Source of the DNA: Candidatus Delongbacteria bacterium
GTDB lineage: Bacteria; CAIWAD01
NCBI GenBank assembly: GCA_963663545.1
Contig: OY760505.1
Coordinates: 3,200,001 to 3,264,000, forward strand
Length of the DNA: 64,000 nucleotides
Direction of reading: 5' to 3'
The notes below the pieces were generated by a model. The model saw only the letters and a list, made by a program, of their open reading frames with translations. It was not told the origin of the DNA and did no database searches. Positions 38,805-49,898 of this stretch are shown here, piece by piece. A program made the translations under genes and the position numbers. Position 1 is the first letter of the stretch, and every line of letters starts with the position of its first letter.

Positions 38805-39971
38805 ATGCTCGTGCTCTTGGGATTCCTTAGTTATAAGAAGCCATCAGGAATCATAAGAGGTTATAATACCAAGAGGATAGCTCTTGGCTTCTGCGGCTGG
38901 GCCTTCTTCATCGCTTTGCTGTTCGCGGGCAGTACGAAGGGGCTGTGGGCACAGACCTGCGATGAGGTTGAAACACATTCGACCCCGTCAGCTTTGCGCT
39001 CTTTTCAGCCGCAACTCAACGGACAGCGCTTACTGGAAGGCGTCGCTTACGGACCGCATCGCGCGGGTCAATCCCCCGATGGCCTGCAACCCTCCGATGC
39101 TGAACTGCTGGAAGACCTTCGTCTTATCGCCGCGCGCTGGTCGCTGTTGCGCGTGTACAATGCCGACGACGGCTCGGCGCACATGCTTTCGCTGATCCGC
39201 GAGAATCATCTTCCGTTGCAGATGATGCTGGGTGTCTGGCTGGAGCCGGAGGAGAGCCAAGCGGCGAAGAGCGAGGCCAATCGGCGCAATGTGACACGCG
39301 CCATCGAGTTGGCGCGCGAGTATCCCGAACTGGTGGCTGCGGTTTGCGCGGGCAATGAAACCCAGGTCTACTGGTCCTGGCACCGCATGGATAGTAATGT
39401 CCTGCTGAGCTATTTGCGTCAGGTGCGCGAGGCCATTGCCCAGCCCGTCACTACGGCAGACGACTACAACTTCTGGAACAAGCCGGAGAGCCTTCCGGTG
39501 GCCGCGCAGGTGGACTTCCTCTGCGTACACGCGCATCCGCTGTGGAACAGCCGGGAGCACGATAGCAGCACACGCTGGCTGCAGAGCGTGTTGGACGATG
39601 TCCGCGAACTGCATTCCGGCAAGCCCCTTGTGCTGGGCGAGACCGGCTGGGCAACCGACTACGATTCCACGCGCGTGGGCAACGGAGAACAGGGTACGCT
39701 GATGACCGGCGAAGTCAGTGAGCGCGCCCAGGGTGAGTTTCTGTTGAACCTTAGCGACTGGATCTACGAGAGCAACACGCTCTGCTTCCTCTTCGAGGCT
39801 TTTGACGAAGCCTGGAAGGGCGGCGGCAGTGCCTCCAGTCCGCGTGACGCGGAGAAACACTGGGGCGTGTATTACGAAAACCGCCGGCCCAAACCCTCCT
39901 TTGCCGCTTATGCGCGCCGGGGCCGCAACAACGAAATGAACAATGAACCCTTGGAAGTGAGGAAACCATGA
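38805..39971 (+). CDS. GH17-like beta-1,3-glucanase (start uncertain)
   Basis: YGPHRAGQSP, LLRVY, AGNE, VTTAD, GETGW, FEAFDEAWK, EKHWG. Confidence 0.85.
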   Translation: MLVLLGFLSYKKPSGIIRGYNTKRIALGFCGWAFFIALLFAGSTKGLWAQTCDEVETHSTPSALRSFQPQLNGQRLLEGVAYGPHRAGQSPDGLQPSDAELLEDLRLIAARWSLLRVYNADDGSAHMLSLIRENHLPLQMMLGVWLEPEESQAAKSEANRRNVTRAIELAREYPELVAAVCAGNETQVYWSWHRMDSNVLLSYLRQVREAIAQPVTTADDYNFWNKPESLPVAAQVDFLCVHAHPLWNSREHDSSTRWLQSVLDDVRELHSGKPLVLGETGWATDYDSTRVGNGEQGTLMTGEVSERAQGEFLLNLSDWIYESNTLCFLFEAFDEAWKGGGSASSPRDAEKHWGVYYENRRPKPSFAAYARRGRNNEMNNEPLEVRKP

Positions 39972-41902
39972 ACAAGCGATTTCCGCTGCTGGCCGCTACC
40001 ACCCTTCTGATCGGTATGACTGCGGCTCAGGCACAGGTGGCTCCGGTGGATTTCGAAACCGGTGGCCATGGCGCCAACTGGACCTGGACCGTCTTTGAAA
40101 ACGACACTAATCCGGCCGTTCAGATCGTCTCCAACCCCGCGCCGGGCGGAGTCAATACCTCATCGACGGTGGCGCTCTTTACCGCCTTGCAGTCGGGCAA
40201 TCCCTGGGCGGGTTGTGAAACACAGCACGGCTCCGACATCGGCACTTTCTCGCTTGACGAAACCAACTGCACTGTGCGTGTGATGGTCTACAAAACCGAG
40301 ATCAGCAACGTCGGCGTCAAGTTTGCCAAAGCCGACGGCTCTGCAGCCAACGAGCTGCTGGTGGCCAATACGCTGGTCAACCAGTGGGAAGAGCTGGTCT
40401 TTGATTTCTCCGGCCGCATCGGCGATCCGCTTTCCACGAACATCGACCAGTTCATCCTTTTCCCCGACTTCAACATGGATGGCCGCGCCCAGGACAACCT
40501 GATCTACTACGACAATATCAGCTTCGGCGAGATGCTCGAGAGCGATGCGCCCGAAACCGCTGCGCCGACACCGTCCTTTGCGGCTGCAAATGTGATTTCG
40601 CTGTTCAGCGACGCCTACACGAACGTCACTGTCGACACTTGGTCGGCGGACTGGGACCAGGCCGATGTGGGCGAGGTGCAGATTGAGGGCAACGCAACCA
40701 AGCGCTATTCGAATCTGGTCTATGCCGGTATTGAGTTCACATCCGAGACCATTGATGCCACCGGCATGACCAGCTTCTACATGGATATCTGGACCCCCGA
40801 CGCCGTGGACGCCTCGTCCGCCTTCAATATCAAGCTGGTGGATTTCGGCGCTGATGGTGTGTGGAGTGGCGGTGATGATGTGGAGCACGAGCTGGTGTTC
40901 AACACAACCAGCAGCCCGGCGCTGGCCAGCGGTCAGTGGATCACCTTCAATCTGCCGCTAAGCAATTTCAGTGGTCTTGTAACACGCGGCCACATGGCGC
41001 AGCTTGTCATTGGCGGTTCACTGCCCAACGTCTATGTCGACAACGTGCTCTTCCACAACTCCGAAGTGGTAATTCCCGAACCCACTGTGGCCGCGCCGAC
41101 GCCGACCGTCGAGACCGAGGCGGTGCTCTCCCTGTTCAGCAACGCCTACAGCAATGTGAGTGTGGATACCTGGTCTACGGAGTGGGATGTGGCGGATGTG
41201 GCTGACATTCAGGTGGCGGGCAACGATACCAAGCTCTACACCAATCTGGTGTACGCGGGTATCGAGTTCAGCAGCCAGACCCTTAACGCCAGCAGCATGA
41301 CCCATTTTCACATGGATCTGTGGACGCCTTCGGCCACTTCGCTGCCCAACACCTTCAAAATCAAGTTGGTGGACTTCGGCGCGGATGGCGTGTACGACGG
41401 CGGTGACGATGTTGAGCACGAACTGACCCTTGATGCATCCAGCGGCCTGATCAGCGAGGGCTGGCTCGGCATCAATGTGCCGTTGAGCGAGTTTACGGCG
41501 CTAACCACACGCGGCCATCTGGCGCAGCTGATTCTGTCGGGCACACTGTCGACGATCTACCTGGACAACATTTACTTCTACGATGAGACGCTGGATGTGG
41601 AAGCGCCCGTGACACAGCCTGCCTTGTATCACCTGGGCGACAACTATCCCAATCCTTTCAACCCCGGTACGACCATCAGCTTCAGCACAAGTCAGCCGGC
41701 CCACGTGGAACTGAGTGTCTTTGATCTGCTGGGCAACCGCGTCGCCACGCTTATGGACAGCGATAGCCCCGCCACTCGTCGCGAGCTCTACTGGAACGGC
41801 CGTGATGCGCAGGGCCGCGCGCTGGCTAACGGTGTGTACTTCTATCAGCTTAGCCTGGACGGCCAGCCGGTGGAAACACACCGCATGCTGATGCTTAAAT
41901 AG
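39968..41902 (+). CDS. Secreted non-catalytic glycan-binding-like protein with 2 CBM-like repeats and PNPFNP tail
   Basis: Signal peptide; APTP...SLFSDAY...KLVDFGADG...DNV repeats; YPNPFNP. Confidence 0.8.
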   Translation: MNKRFPLLAATTLLIGMTAAQAQVAPVDFETGGHGANWTWTVFENDTNPAVQIVSNPAPGGVNTSSTVALFTALQSGNPWAGCETQHGSDIGTFSLDETNCTVRVMVYKTEISNVGVKFAKADGSAANELLVANTLVNQWEELVFDFSGRIGDPLSTNIDQFILFPDFNMDGRAQDNLIYYDNISFGEMLESDAPETAAPTPSFAAANVISLFSDAYTNVTVDTWSADWDQADVGEVQIEGNATKRYSNLVYAGIEFTSETIDATGMTSFYMDIWTPDAVDASSAFNIKLVDFGADGVWSGGDDVEHELVFNTTSSPALASGQWITFNLPLSNFSGLVTRGHMAQLVIGGSLPNVYVDNVLFHNSEVVIPEPTVAAPTPTVETEAVLSLFSNAYSNVSVDTWSTEWDVADVADIQVAGNDTKLYTNLVYAGIEFSSQTLNASSMTHFHMDLWTPSATSLPNTFKIKLVDFGADGVYDGGDDVEHELTLDASSGLISEGWLGINVPLSEFTALTTRGHLAQLILSGTLSTIYLDNIYFYDETLDVEAPVTQPALYHLGDNYPNPFNPGTTISFSTSQPAHVELSVFDLLGNRVATLMDSDSPATRRELYWNGRDAQGRALANGVYFYQLSLDGQPVETHRMLMLK

Positions 41903-42036
41903 TCCTCTATGTTACACCGGTCGCAGCCGGTGGCGTATCACGCGTCACCGGCTCTGCGGCCTTTCGGCAATGACGCCGCACGATTGTGATCCATTCCGTG
42001 AAAGGTGCCCGCGTGAAGGCCTGTTCTGACTCCGCG

Positions 42037-45000
42037 ATGACCCTGACGGCTAACGGCGAGTTCTGCATTCAGGACTACAACCGAGCAAAAGCCTTCGCCA
42101 GCTTTCTGCCGGGAGTGGCGGGAAGGCAGGGCATTCCGCTGTGGGCCTTTTACGTAAATCGTGGCCAGTGTGTATGCAGCATGGGCGTACAGGACAAGCA
42201 GCATGCGATACTGGAGTTTCTACCGGCCAATCGCGCCTACCAGCTCACGCCGTTGCAGGGCTTTCGCACTTTCCTCAAGCTCTCACGCAAGGGCGACAGC
42301 GTGTATTACGAGCCCTTTCAAAATCACCTGGTCGACCGGGAACAGAAGCGCTGCCAGCGTATGCTGATTCGTCCCGATTCGCTTGGGCTGGTGGAGGAAA
42401 ACGAGAGCCTGGGGCTGCAGATCGAGCTTGAGTATCTCGGCGTGCCGCGCGAAAGCTACCCGGGTCTGCTACGCAAGCTCGTGATTCGTAACACGGCAGA
42501 GCAGGATCTTGCACTCGAAGGGCTGGACGGCCTGCCGCTGATCGTTCCCTATGGCGTCAATGATCATGTACTCAAGCACATGCGCCGGACCATTGAAGCC
42601 TTTGTGCAGGTGGACAACTATGAAACCAATGTGCCCTTCTTCCGCTGCCGGGTGGAACCTGCCGATCGACCCGATGTGATACAGATTCAGCAAGGCCATT
42701 TTTATCTGGGCTACATGTTGCATTTATCGGGCAGCGAACTCGTCCGACCGCTGGTGGATCCGGAGCGCGTTTTCGGCAGCCAGTTGGATTTCAGCTACCC
42801 CGAAGGATTTCTGGCCGGTGATCTGGAGTCATTGTATCACGGGCAGATGTTGCAGAACTGCCTGCCCTGCGCGATGGGGCCGATCAAGGCGCGGCTGGCA
42901 TCTGGCGAGTCCATGACTTACATCTCCATTGTGGGAAACGCACGCTCGCTGGAAGCCCTGAACGGAATGATACCGGCGCTGACCAGAACGGGCTACGTTG
43001 AAGAACGCGCCCGCTTGAACCGGGAGCTGATCGAGCATCTGACCCAGCACGGTCTTCTGATTTCCAGCAATGCGGCGCTCAGTCAGTATGCACGTCAGAA
43101 TTTCCTGGACAACACGCTGCGTGGCGGATTCCCCCACACGCTGAAGGGGCGTGATACCCAACCCGTGATACATCTCTACTCGCGTAAACACGGTGATCTG
43201 GAGCGCGATTACAACGATTTTCTACTGGAAGCTTCGCCCTATTCCCAGGGATTTGGCAACTACCGTGACACATGCCAGAACCGGCGTTGTGACCTGCTGA
43301 TCAATCCGGATGTGGATACGCAGAACCTGCGGCAGTTCTACAATCTGATTCAGTTGGACAGCTACAATCCGCTGGTGGTGCGTGAGACACGCTACGCCGT
43401 GGCGGATCAGGCGAGTCTGCAATCCATGATGATCCGACATCTCCCGGCGGCCAGTGTTCCCTTGGCGATGGCCCTTGCGAACAAGCCCTTCGCACCAGGC
43501 GAGTTGTTGATGCGTCTGCAGGAGCACGGACTTCAGCCAAGTCGTGATACAGACACATTCCTGGGCGATTTGCTGGGAAGCTGCCGTCCGCTTTTTGAGG
43601 CGGAACACGGCGAGGGATTCTGGATCGATCACTGGACCTATAATCTGGATCTGTTGCAGAATTTCCTGTCCGTACATCCCGAGCGCGAAGCTGAGGTTCT
43701 CTTCCGCGACAAGAGCTTCGGCTTCTACGACAACGAGTACCGGGTGCTACCACGCGACGACAAGTACGTCATCTGGGAAGGCCGCCCGATGCAGCTCTCC
43801 GCCGTGATACGCGACGAAGAGAAGGCTGCGCTGATTTCACATCGGAGCCGCGATCCCCACCGTGTGCGAACGCTTTCCGGCCACGGCGAAGTGTATCACA
43901 CGACGCTCTTCAGCGTGCTACTGTGCCTGGTGGTCAATCGTATGGCAACGCTGGATCCGGATGGTGTCGGCGTGGAGATGGAAGCCGGCAAGCCTGACTG
44001 GTACGATGCGCTCAACGGCCTCCCGGGTCAGATGGGCTCCAGCCTAAGTGTCACACTGGAAATCAAGCGTCACCTGCTCTTTCTGAGGGAAGCTCTGCTA
44101 CGACTGCCGTCAGACACCGGTCTGGGGCTGTTTGAAGAACTGTACGACTTCCTTCTGGCGCTCGATGGGCTGCTGGTGCGGAATCCCGCGGCCATGGAAT
44201 ACTGGGACCAGTCTGCGGCGCTCAAAGAGGCTTACCGCGAACGTGTGCGACTGGGTGTCAGTGGACGTGAACGCACGCTTTCGGCTGGCGAGCTGCTGGA
44301 CTTTTTTGGCCGTTGCCTGCAGCGGCTTGAACGAGGTTTCCAAACTGCCTGGGACGAGCAGGTCGACCTGCCTCGCACCTATTTTCTTCATGAAGTGCTC
44401 GAGTACCAGGAACTCCTGGAGAGCGGACCCGAGGGCGAGGCGCGAGCCAGACGCAACCATGACGGGCTGCCCTGCATTCGTATCACGAGCTTCAAGAAGC
44501 AAGCGCTACCGCTCTTTCTGGAAGGCCCCGTGCATTATCTGCGCTGTCTGCAGGCCGAGGGGCGCCACGAAGAAGCACGGGCGATTTCCAGGGCGCTGGA
44601 GGAAAGTGAACTCTACGATCGCGCGCTGGGCATGTTCAAAGTCAATGCCTCGCTGCAGAAGCTACCCTACGAGATCGGACGCGCCCGCGTGTTCACACCC
44701 GGATGGCTGGAGAATGAGTCCATCTGGCTGCACATGGAATACAAGTACCTGCTGGAGTTGATTCGCAACGGGCTCTATGAAGACTTCTACCGTCACGCCG
44801 GGCGCGCGCTGATTCCGCAGCTGGATCCCGCCGTATACGGTCGCAGCACGCTGGAGAACTGCTCCTTTCTGGTCAGCAGCGCGAATCCCAATCCGGCTCT
44901 GCACGGCAGCGGCTATGTCGCGCGCTTGAGCGGGGCGACGGCTGAATTCCTGCACATGGCGCAGCTCCTCTGTCTGGGCCAGCGTCCTTTCCGCATGGAT

Positions 45001-45372
45001 GAGAACGAGCTGGTTCTTGCACTGCGGCCTGCGCTGCGCGGAGACATGTTTAGCACAGCGCCTTCTACGCAGCGACTGTATCAGCGCGGCGAGTGGCGTG
45101 ACCTGACCGTGCCCGCCAACTGTTTCGGCTTCCTTTTCCTAGGGCGCATTCTGGTGCTCTACCACAATCCGGAACGAGCGGACACCTTCGGTCCCCAAGC
45201 CGTCCGACCCGCGCTGTGGCGTATCTATGAGGGCGAGGAGCTGCTGGCGGAAGTCCGGGCAGAAAGCCTGCGCGGCGAGATCGTTCGGCGCATCCGCGAG
45301 CGCGCTGTCACGCGAATCGAAGTTCATTTAGCCATCGCCTCGGATGACGTCGCATCGAGCGAGCCGGTCTGA
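42037..45372 (+). CDS. Probable GH161-like beta-1,3-glucan phosphorylase
   Basis: About 1110 aa, no signal peptide; FASFLPGVAG..GIPLWAFYVNRGQ, RKHGDLERDYN, WYDALNGLPG, GWLENESIWLHMEYKY. Confidence 0.75.
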   Translation: MTLTANGEFCIQDYNRAKAFASFLPGVAGRQGIPLWAFYVNRGQCVCSMGVQDKQHAILEFLPANRAYQLTPLQGFRTFLKLSRKGDSVYYEPFQNHLVDREQKRCQRMLIRPDSLGLVEENESLGLQIELEYLGVPRESYPGLLRKLVIRNTAEQDLALEGLDGLPLIVPYGVNDHVLKHMRRTIEAFVQVDNYETNVPFFRCRVEPADRPDVIQIQQGHFYLGYMLHLSGSELVRPLVDPERVFGSQLDFSYPEGFLAGDLESLYHGQMLQNCLPCAMGPIKARLASGESMTYISIVGNARSLEALNGMIPALTRTGYVEERARLNRELIEHLTQHGLLISSNAALSQYARQNFLDNTLRGGFPHTLKGRDTQPVIHLYSRKHGDLERDYNDFLLEASPYSQGFGNYRDTCQNRRCDLLINPDVDTQNLRQFYNLIQLDSYNPLVVRETRYAVADQASLQSMMIRHLPAASVPLAMALANKPFAPGELLMRLQEHGLQPSRDTDTFLGDLLGSCRPLFEAEHGEGFWIDHWTYNLDLLQNFLSVHPEREAEVLFRDKSFGFYDNEYRVLPRDDKYVIWEGRPMQLSAVIRDEEKAALISHRSRDPHRVRTLSGHGEVYHTTLFSVLLCLVVNRMATLDPDGVGVEMEAGKPDWYDALNGLPGQMGSSLSVTLEIKRHLLFLREALLRLPSDTGLGLFEELYDFLLALDGLLVRNPAAMEYWDQSAALKEAYRERVRLGVSGRERTLSAGELLDFFGRCLQRLERGFQTAWDEQVDLPRTYFLHEVLEYQELLESGPEGEARARRNHDGLPCIRITSFKKQALPLFLEGPVHYLRCLQAEGRHEEARAISRALEESELYDRALGMFKVNASLQKLPYEIGRARVFTPGWLENESIWLHMEYKYLLELIRNGLYEDFYRHAGRALIPQLDPAVYGRSTLENCSFLVSSANPNPALHGSGYVARLSGATAEFLHMAQLLCLGQRPFRMDENELVLALRPALRGDMFSTAPSTQRLYQRGEWRDLTVPANCFGFLFLGRILVLYHNPERADTFGPQAVRPALWRIYEGEELLAEVRAESLRGEIVRRIRERAVTRIEVHLAIASDDVASSEPV

Positions 45373-45400
45373 GGAGATTTTCTTGGCCCCGGAGTTTTCC

Positions 45401-45457
45401 TTGACTCTTGCAGAGGGCAGTGCTACTGTTGGGGCCAATAGTTCGGAAACCGAACTA
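45401..45457 (+). promoter_or_regulatory. Promoter and second operator palindrome
   Basis: TTGACT-17 bp-TACTGT; TAGTTCG-GAAAC-CGAACTA 45439-45457. Confidence 0.7.
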
Positions 45458-45568
45458 AGTACCGAGCGGGAGTCCCGGTAAAGCTGAGCCGCATTGCCCG
45501 ACGGCCAGCCTGAGAAGCCGGGATGTGAAGCAAGAAATGTCACCAGGCGAATTGCGAAGGAGACCCTC

Positions 45569-47935
45569 ATGAAGAAACTGGCCTTGGCATTGTTGGCAGG
45601 CGCCTGCCTGCAGCCTGCACTGGCCCTGGAGGCGCCCACCGCCCAATTGCAGGCGAGCGGCTCCAACCTCAGTCTTTCCTGGACCGAAGTTCAGGGAGCG
45701 GAATCGTATCTGATCTACACCAAGAGCGAGGCCTACGGTGCGGCGACCCTGCTGGCCGAGGTGGGCGCGGAGGTTCTCAGCTACGACGTTACCGGCAACG
45801 GCGCCTTCTTCTACGTAACCGTTACGGGCGAAGAAGCTGGGTCGACCAATCTGATCAGCAACTGGGATTTCGAAACCGGCGATCTGACGGATTGGATCAC
45901 CACTCCTTCTGACGATGCAGAAGTCACAGTTACGGAGCTGAACGGTCCCGGCGCAGCGGGTAGCTATAGCGCCTCAATGAGCAACGAGCATCTGACGTAC
46001 GGACTTGTGCTGCAGCAGTCCACGCCCGTGGGAAGTGCCGGTCAGGGAACCGTGAGCTGGTCCTTTGACATGCTGCTGGATCAAGCGGACGCAGGCGGTG
46101 TCTTCTTCTTCCAGGTGTTTGCCGAGCAGGAGGGCGCCGGTATTGTCGGCGGCAGTGGCTTGCAGGGACCGCTGTGGCCCTGGACAGAGTGGCAAACCTT
46201 CAGCGGCAGCTTTGATGCTCCTGCTGGTACCGATTTCCTGACTGTGCAATTCTCCGCGACAACCGGTGGCGCTGAGGGCAGCAATTGCTTTGCCCACATC
46301 GACAATGTGGTGCTGGAGCAGGGCCCGATCGTCGTCGTTCCGGAAGCTGTGCCCACCGTGGCTGCACCGACGCCCACCGCGGACGCCGACAGTGTAGTGG
46401 CCCTTTTCAGCAACGCTTACACCTGTGTTGACGTGGACACCTGGAGCACCGATTGGGATGTGGCCGATCTGGTGGACACGCTGATCGCGGGTAACGACAC
46501 CAAGCTCTACCGCAACCTGAGCTACGCTGGGATCGAGTTCGCCAACCCGACGGTGGATGCCAGTGCCATGACCCGTTTCCACATGGACATCTGGACGCCA
46601 AACGCCGTAACCACGGCCCAGTTCGGCATCAAGCTTGTTGACTTCGGTGCGGACGGGGTTTACAACGGTGGTGACGATACGAACGCTCAGATCTGGATCA
46701 ATCCTGCCTCCGCGACGCCGCTGCAGAGTGAGACCTGGGTTGGCATCGATGTCTCAATGGAAGCCTTTGGCGCCTTGGCTTCGACAGAACACTTGGCTCA
46801 GTTGATTATTGAAGGACTGAGCACCGTGTACGTCGACAACGTCTATTTCTGGAATGACGGCTACGTGGCCCAGCCCGATCCCACTCCGCTAGTCGCAGCA
46901 CCCACTCCGACCGTAGACGCCGACAGCGTGATCGCGCTGTTCAGCGACGCCTACACCTGCGTCAACGTGGACAGCTGGTCCATGTCCTGGGATGCCGCCG
47001 ACGTGACCGACACCACCGTGGTCGGCAACGCCACCAAGCTCTACACCAACATGGTCTACGCCGGTATCGAGTTCGCCAACCCGACCCTCGATGCCAGCGA
47101 AATGACCCGCTTCCACATGGATATCTGGCTGCCCGAGGTGATCGCCGGTTCGCAGTACGGCATCAAGCTGGTGGACTGGGGTGCCGATGGCGCCTGGAGC
47201 GGCGGTGACGATGTGGAATACATGTACTGGCTGAGTGAAACCACTGATCCGGCCCTCTCCGCCGAGAACTGGCTGAGCCTCGACCTTCCCCTTTCCGCCT
47301 TCACCGGTCTGGTGACCAAGGGGCACCTGGCCCAGCTGATTATTCAGGGACAGGAGACCGTGTGGGTGGACAACGTCTACCTGTGGAATGACGGCAGCGT
47401 TGTAGAAGGCCCCGCCGAGCCCACCGTGGCCGCGCCGACGCCCAGCTACGACGCCCTGAACGTGATCAGCCTCTTCAGCAACGCCTACACCAATCAGACC
47501 GTGGACACCTGGTCCGCTGGTTGGGACATGGCCGCTGTCAGCGACGTGCAGATTGCCGGTGACGATGCCAAGAAGTACGAGGGACTGACCTTCGCTGGTA
47601 TCGAATTCACCTCCCAGATGGTGGATGCCAATTCTATGTCGCACTTCCGCATGGATATCTGGACGCCCGATGCGACCGATCTGCCCGCCGACTTCTGGAT
47701 CAAACTGGTGGACTTCGGCGCCGACGGTGCCTACGGTGGCGGTGATGATGTAGAGTCTGAGCTGCACTTTGATGCCAGCACCACTCCGGCGCTGGTGAGC
47801 GAGGGTTGGGTTACCTTCGAGCTGCCCCTGTCCGATTTCACCTCGCTGGTGACACACGGACATCTTGCGCAGCTGCTGATCGGTGGCACGCCCAACACCG
47901 TTTACGTGGACAATGTGCTCTTCTTCAGCGAATAG
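45569..47935 (+). CDS. Secreted non-catalytic protein with CBM4/9-like domain and 3 CBM-like repeats
   Basis: RBS AAGGAG; signal peptide; NWDFE domain; three KLVD(F/W)GADG repeats. Confidence 0.8.
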   Translation: MKKLALALLAGACLQPALALEAPTAQLQASGSNLSLSWTEVQGAESYLIYTKSEAYGAATLLAEVGAEVLSYDVTGNGAFFYVTVTGEEAGSTNLISNWDFETGDLTDWITTPSDDAEVTVTELNGPGAAGSYSASMSNEHLTYGLVLQQSTPVGSAGQGTVSWSFDMLLDQADAGGVFFFQVFAEQEGAGIVGGSGLQGPLWPWTEWQTFSGSFDAPAGTDFLTVQFSATTGGAEGSNCFAHIDNVVLEQGPIVVVPEAVPTVAAPTPTADADSVVALFSNAYTCVDVDTWSTDWDVADLVDTLIAGNDTKLYRNLSYAGIEFANPTVDASAMTRFHMDIWTPNAVTTAQFGIKLVDFGADGVYNGGDDTNAQIWINPASATPLQSETWVGIDVSMEAFGALASTEHLAQLIIEGLSTVYVDNVYFWNDGYVAQPDPTPLVAAPTPTVDADSVIALFSDAYTCVNVDSWSMSWDAADVTDTTVVGNATKLYTNMVYAGIEFANPTLDASEMTRFHMDIWLPEVIAGSQYGIKLVDWGADGAWSGGDDVEYMYWLSETTDPALSAENWLSLDLPLSAFTGLVTKGHLAQLIIQGQETVWVDNVYLWNDGSVVEGPAEPTVAAPTPSYDALNVISLFSNAYTNQTVDTWSAGWDMAAVSDVQIAGDDAKKYEGLTFAGIEFTSQMVDANSMSHFRMDIWTPDATDLPADFWIKLVDFGADGAYGGGDDVESELHFDASTTPALVSEGWVTFELPLSDFTSLVTHGHLAQLLIGGTPNTVYVDNVLFFSE

Positions 47936-47951
47936 CTGATTCGTATCGCGG

Positions 47952-47984
47952 AGCCGGCGGGGAGCCATTCCCGCCGGCTGTTTT
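47952..47984 (+). terminator. Intra-operon terminator/stabiliser hairpin
   Basis: AGCCGGCGGG...CCCGCCGGCT GTTTT. Confidence 0.7.
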
Positions 47985-48021
47985 CCCACCGGCCGCAGAG
48001 GCCAAGCCCTAGGAACTCCTC

Positions 48022-49833
48022 ATGACCACAAGCTCGACTTCCCGTCCTCATTTTGTGAACCCCCGCCTGGCCCTGCTTGGACTGCTGTTGGGTGCTGGCG
48101 TACTACAGGCTCAGGTCGGCCCCGTCCTCTGGCAGGAGGATTTCAACGACCTGGAGAACTGGATCGCGGAGACCGGCAATGGCTCCTGGGGCTGGGGCAA
48201 CGGCGAGTTGCAGTATTACTCGCCCGACAACGCCGAGGTCGTCGAACTGGCGGACGATCCGGGCAACATGGCGCTACGTATCACGGCGCGTCAGGAAAGC
48301 GGCCCGGGCATTGTGGATCAGTGGGGCAATGCGCTCAACTACACCAGCGCCCGGCTGAACACAAAATCCAAGGTGAGCATTCGCCACGGCCTGGTGGAAG
48401 CGCGCGTCAAGGTGCCCGACCTGAATGTGGGCGGCTGGCCCGCGCTGTGGATGTTGGGCACTTCTACGCTGGGCTGGCCGCGCTGCGGCGAGTTGGACAT
48501 CATGGAAATGGGACACGACTCCTATTTCCGCTACCTGCACGACGGCCACAACGGCGGCGAGGGCAACGACACGGCAACCGTCAACGAGATGGTGGCCGCC
48601 AACGCCATCTTCTATTCCGATGACGCCGTCACACCGGAGAATCCCAGCGGCGGCAACAGCATTGCCTGGGATCCCGATGACGATTATTGCCGTCCGTACT
48701 ACAACCAGAGCGAAGGCTTGACCAACCGCTGGCTGACCTACCGCCTGTACTGGGATGAGGCCGAGTTGCGCTTCACCGTCACGGACGAGGGCACGGAATA
48801 CGATCTGTACGAGTCGCCCTTCCCGACGGACTCAACCAGCGCGGAGTTCCAGGAGCCCTTCTATCTGATCTGCAATCTGGCCGTCGGCGGTGCGCTGACC
48901 GACGCCTACAATCTTGGTGATCCCGGCAGCGGCCAGCCCGTATCGATGAGCTTTCCCGCCGAGATGTACGTGGATTACATTCGCGTGAGTCAGTGGAACG
49001 GCCAGGGCGAAGTGACGCTGGGACCGCCCGTGCAGGTGAGCGAAAGCCTGGGCCTCTTTACCGAAACCACCGAGACCACCGAGACACTGGAGCTGGGCAC
49101 GGCGGCTGAGATTTACGTCTGGGAAGGCACGCTGATTGAAGCGGATATCGAGCCCTACGAGGGCGACAATGTGCTGGCCTGGCAGAACGCGGGTATGGGC
49201 TGGTTTGGCGCTGGCATCATGTCGATGCAGCCCACCAACCTCTTCGGATTCGCCGATGGCCACCTGAACTTCAACATTCTGATTCCCGCCGATGTGACCT
49301 TCAAGATCGGCATCATCGACGCCTGGGGAAACCAGAACTATGTCGAGTTTCCTGCTAACACAACGGTCTTTGGCCTGGAGCGCAATGGACAGTGGGGCCA
49401 GGCGGTCATTCCCATTGAAACTTTGCGCGGCCAGTACATGGACCTGCGCATGCTGAGCTACGAGTTCGTAGTGCTCGAAGAACACGGCGCCAACTGCCAA
49501 TTCGCCCTGGACAACATCTACTACGACGGTGGCGAGACCGGTGTATCACCGCAGCCCGGCACGCTGGCGGAAGATTTCGGTCTGACGGGCGTGTATCCCA
49601 ATCCCTTCAATCCCAGCACTACGGTCAAGTACCAGCTTCCCGCCTCGGCGCAAGTGCAGGTGGGCGTGTACGATCTGCAGGGGCGCCTGGTCAGTGAGCT
49701 GCTGAACGAGCGTCAACCCGCAGGGCAACATCAGCTGAATTGGAATGCGGGCAATGCTGCATCCGGCGTCTACTTCATTCAGATGCAGGCCGGTCAGCTG
49801 CGTGATACACGCAAATGCCTGCTGGTCCGCTAG
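48022..49833 (+). CDS. Secreted GH16 laminarinase-like enzyme with PNPFNP tail
   Basis: WGWGNGELQYY, YTSARL, WPALWM, GELDIME, YVDYIRV. Confidence 0.92.
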   Translation: MTTSSTSRPHFVNPRLALLGLLLGAGVLQAQVGPVLWQEDFNDLENWIAETGNGSWGWGNGELQYYSPDNAEVVELADDPGNMALRITARQESGPGIVDQWGNALNYTSARLNTKSKVSIRHGLVEARVKVPDLNVGGWPALWMLGTSTLGWPRCGELDIMEMGHDSYFRYLHDGHNGGEGNDTATVNEMVAANAIFYSDDAVTPENPSGGNSIAWDPDDDYCRPYYNQSEGLTNRWLTYRLYWDEAELRFTVTDEGTEYDLYESPFPTDSTSAEFQEPFYLICNLAVGGALTDAYNLGDPGSGQPVSMSFPAEMYVDYIRVSQWNGQGEVTLGPPVQVSESLGLFTETTETTETLELGTAAEIYVWEGTLIEADIEPYEGDNVLAWQNAGMGWFGAGIMSMQPTNLFGFADGHLNFNILIPADVTFKIGIIDAWGNQNYVEFPANTTVFGLERNGQWGQAVIPIETLRGQYMDLRMLSYEFVVLEEHGANCQFALDNIYYDGGETGVSPQPGTLAEDFGLTGVYPNPFNPSTTVKYQLPASAQVQVGVYDLQGRLVSELLNERQPAGQHQLNWNAGNAASGVYFIQMQAGQLRDTRKCLLVR

Positions 49834-49898
49834 CTCAAGGGCGTGATACGCGGTTGTAGAAGCAATGAGCCCCAAGGTAGCCACCGGGATGAAGGATC

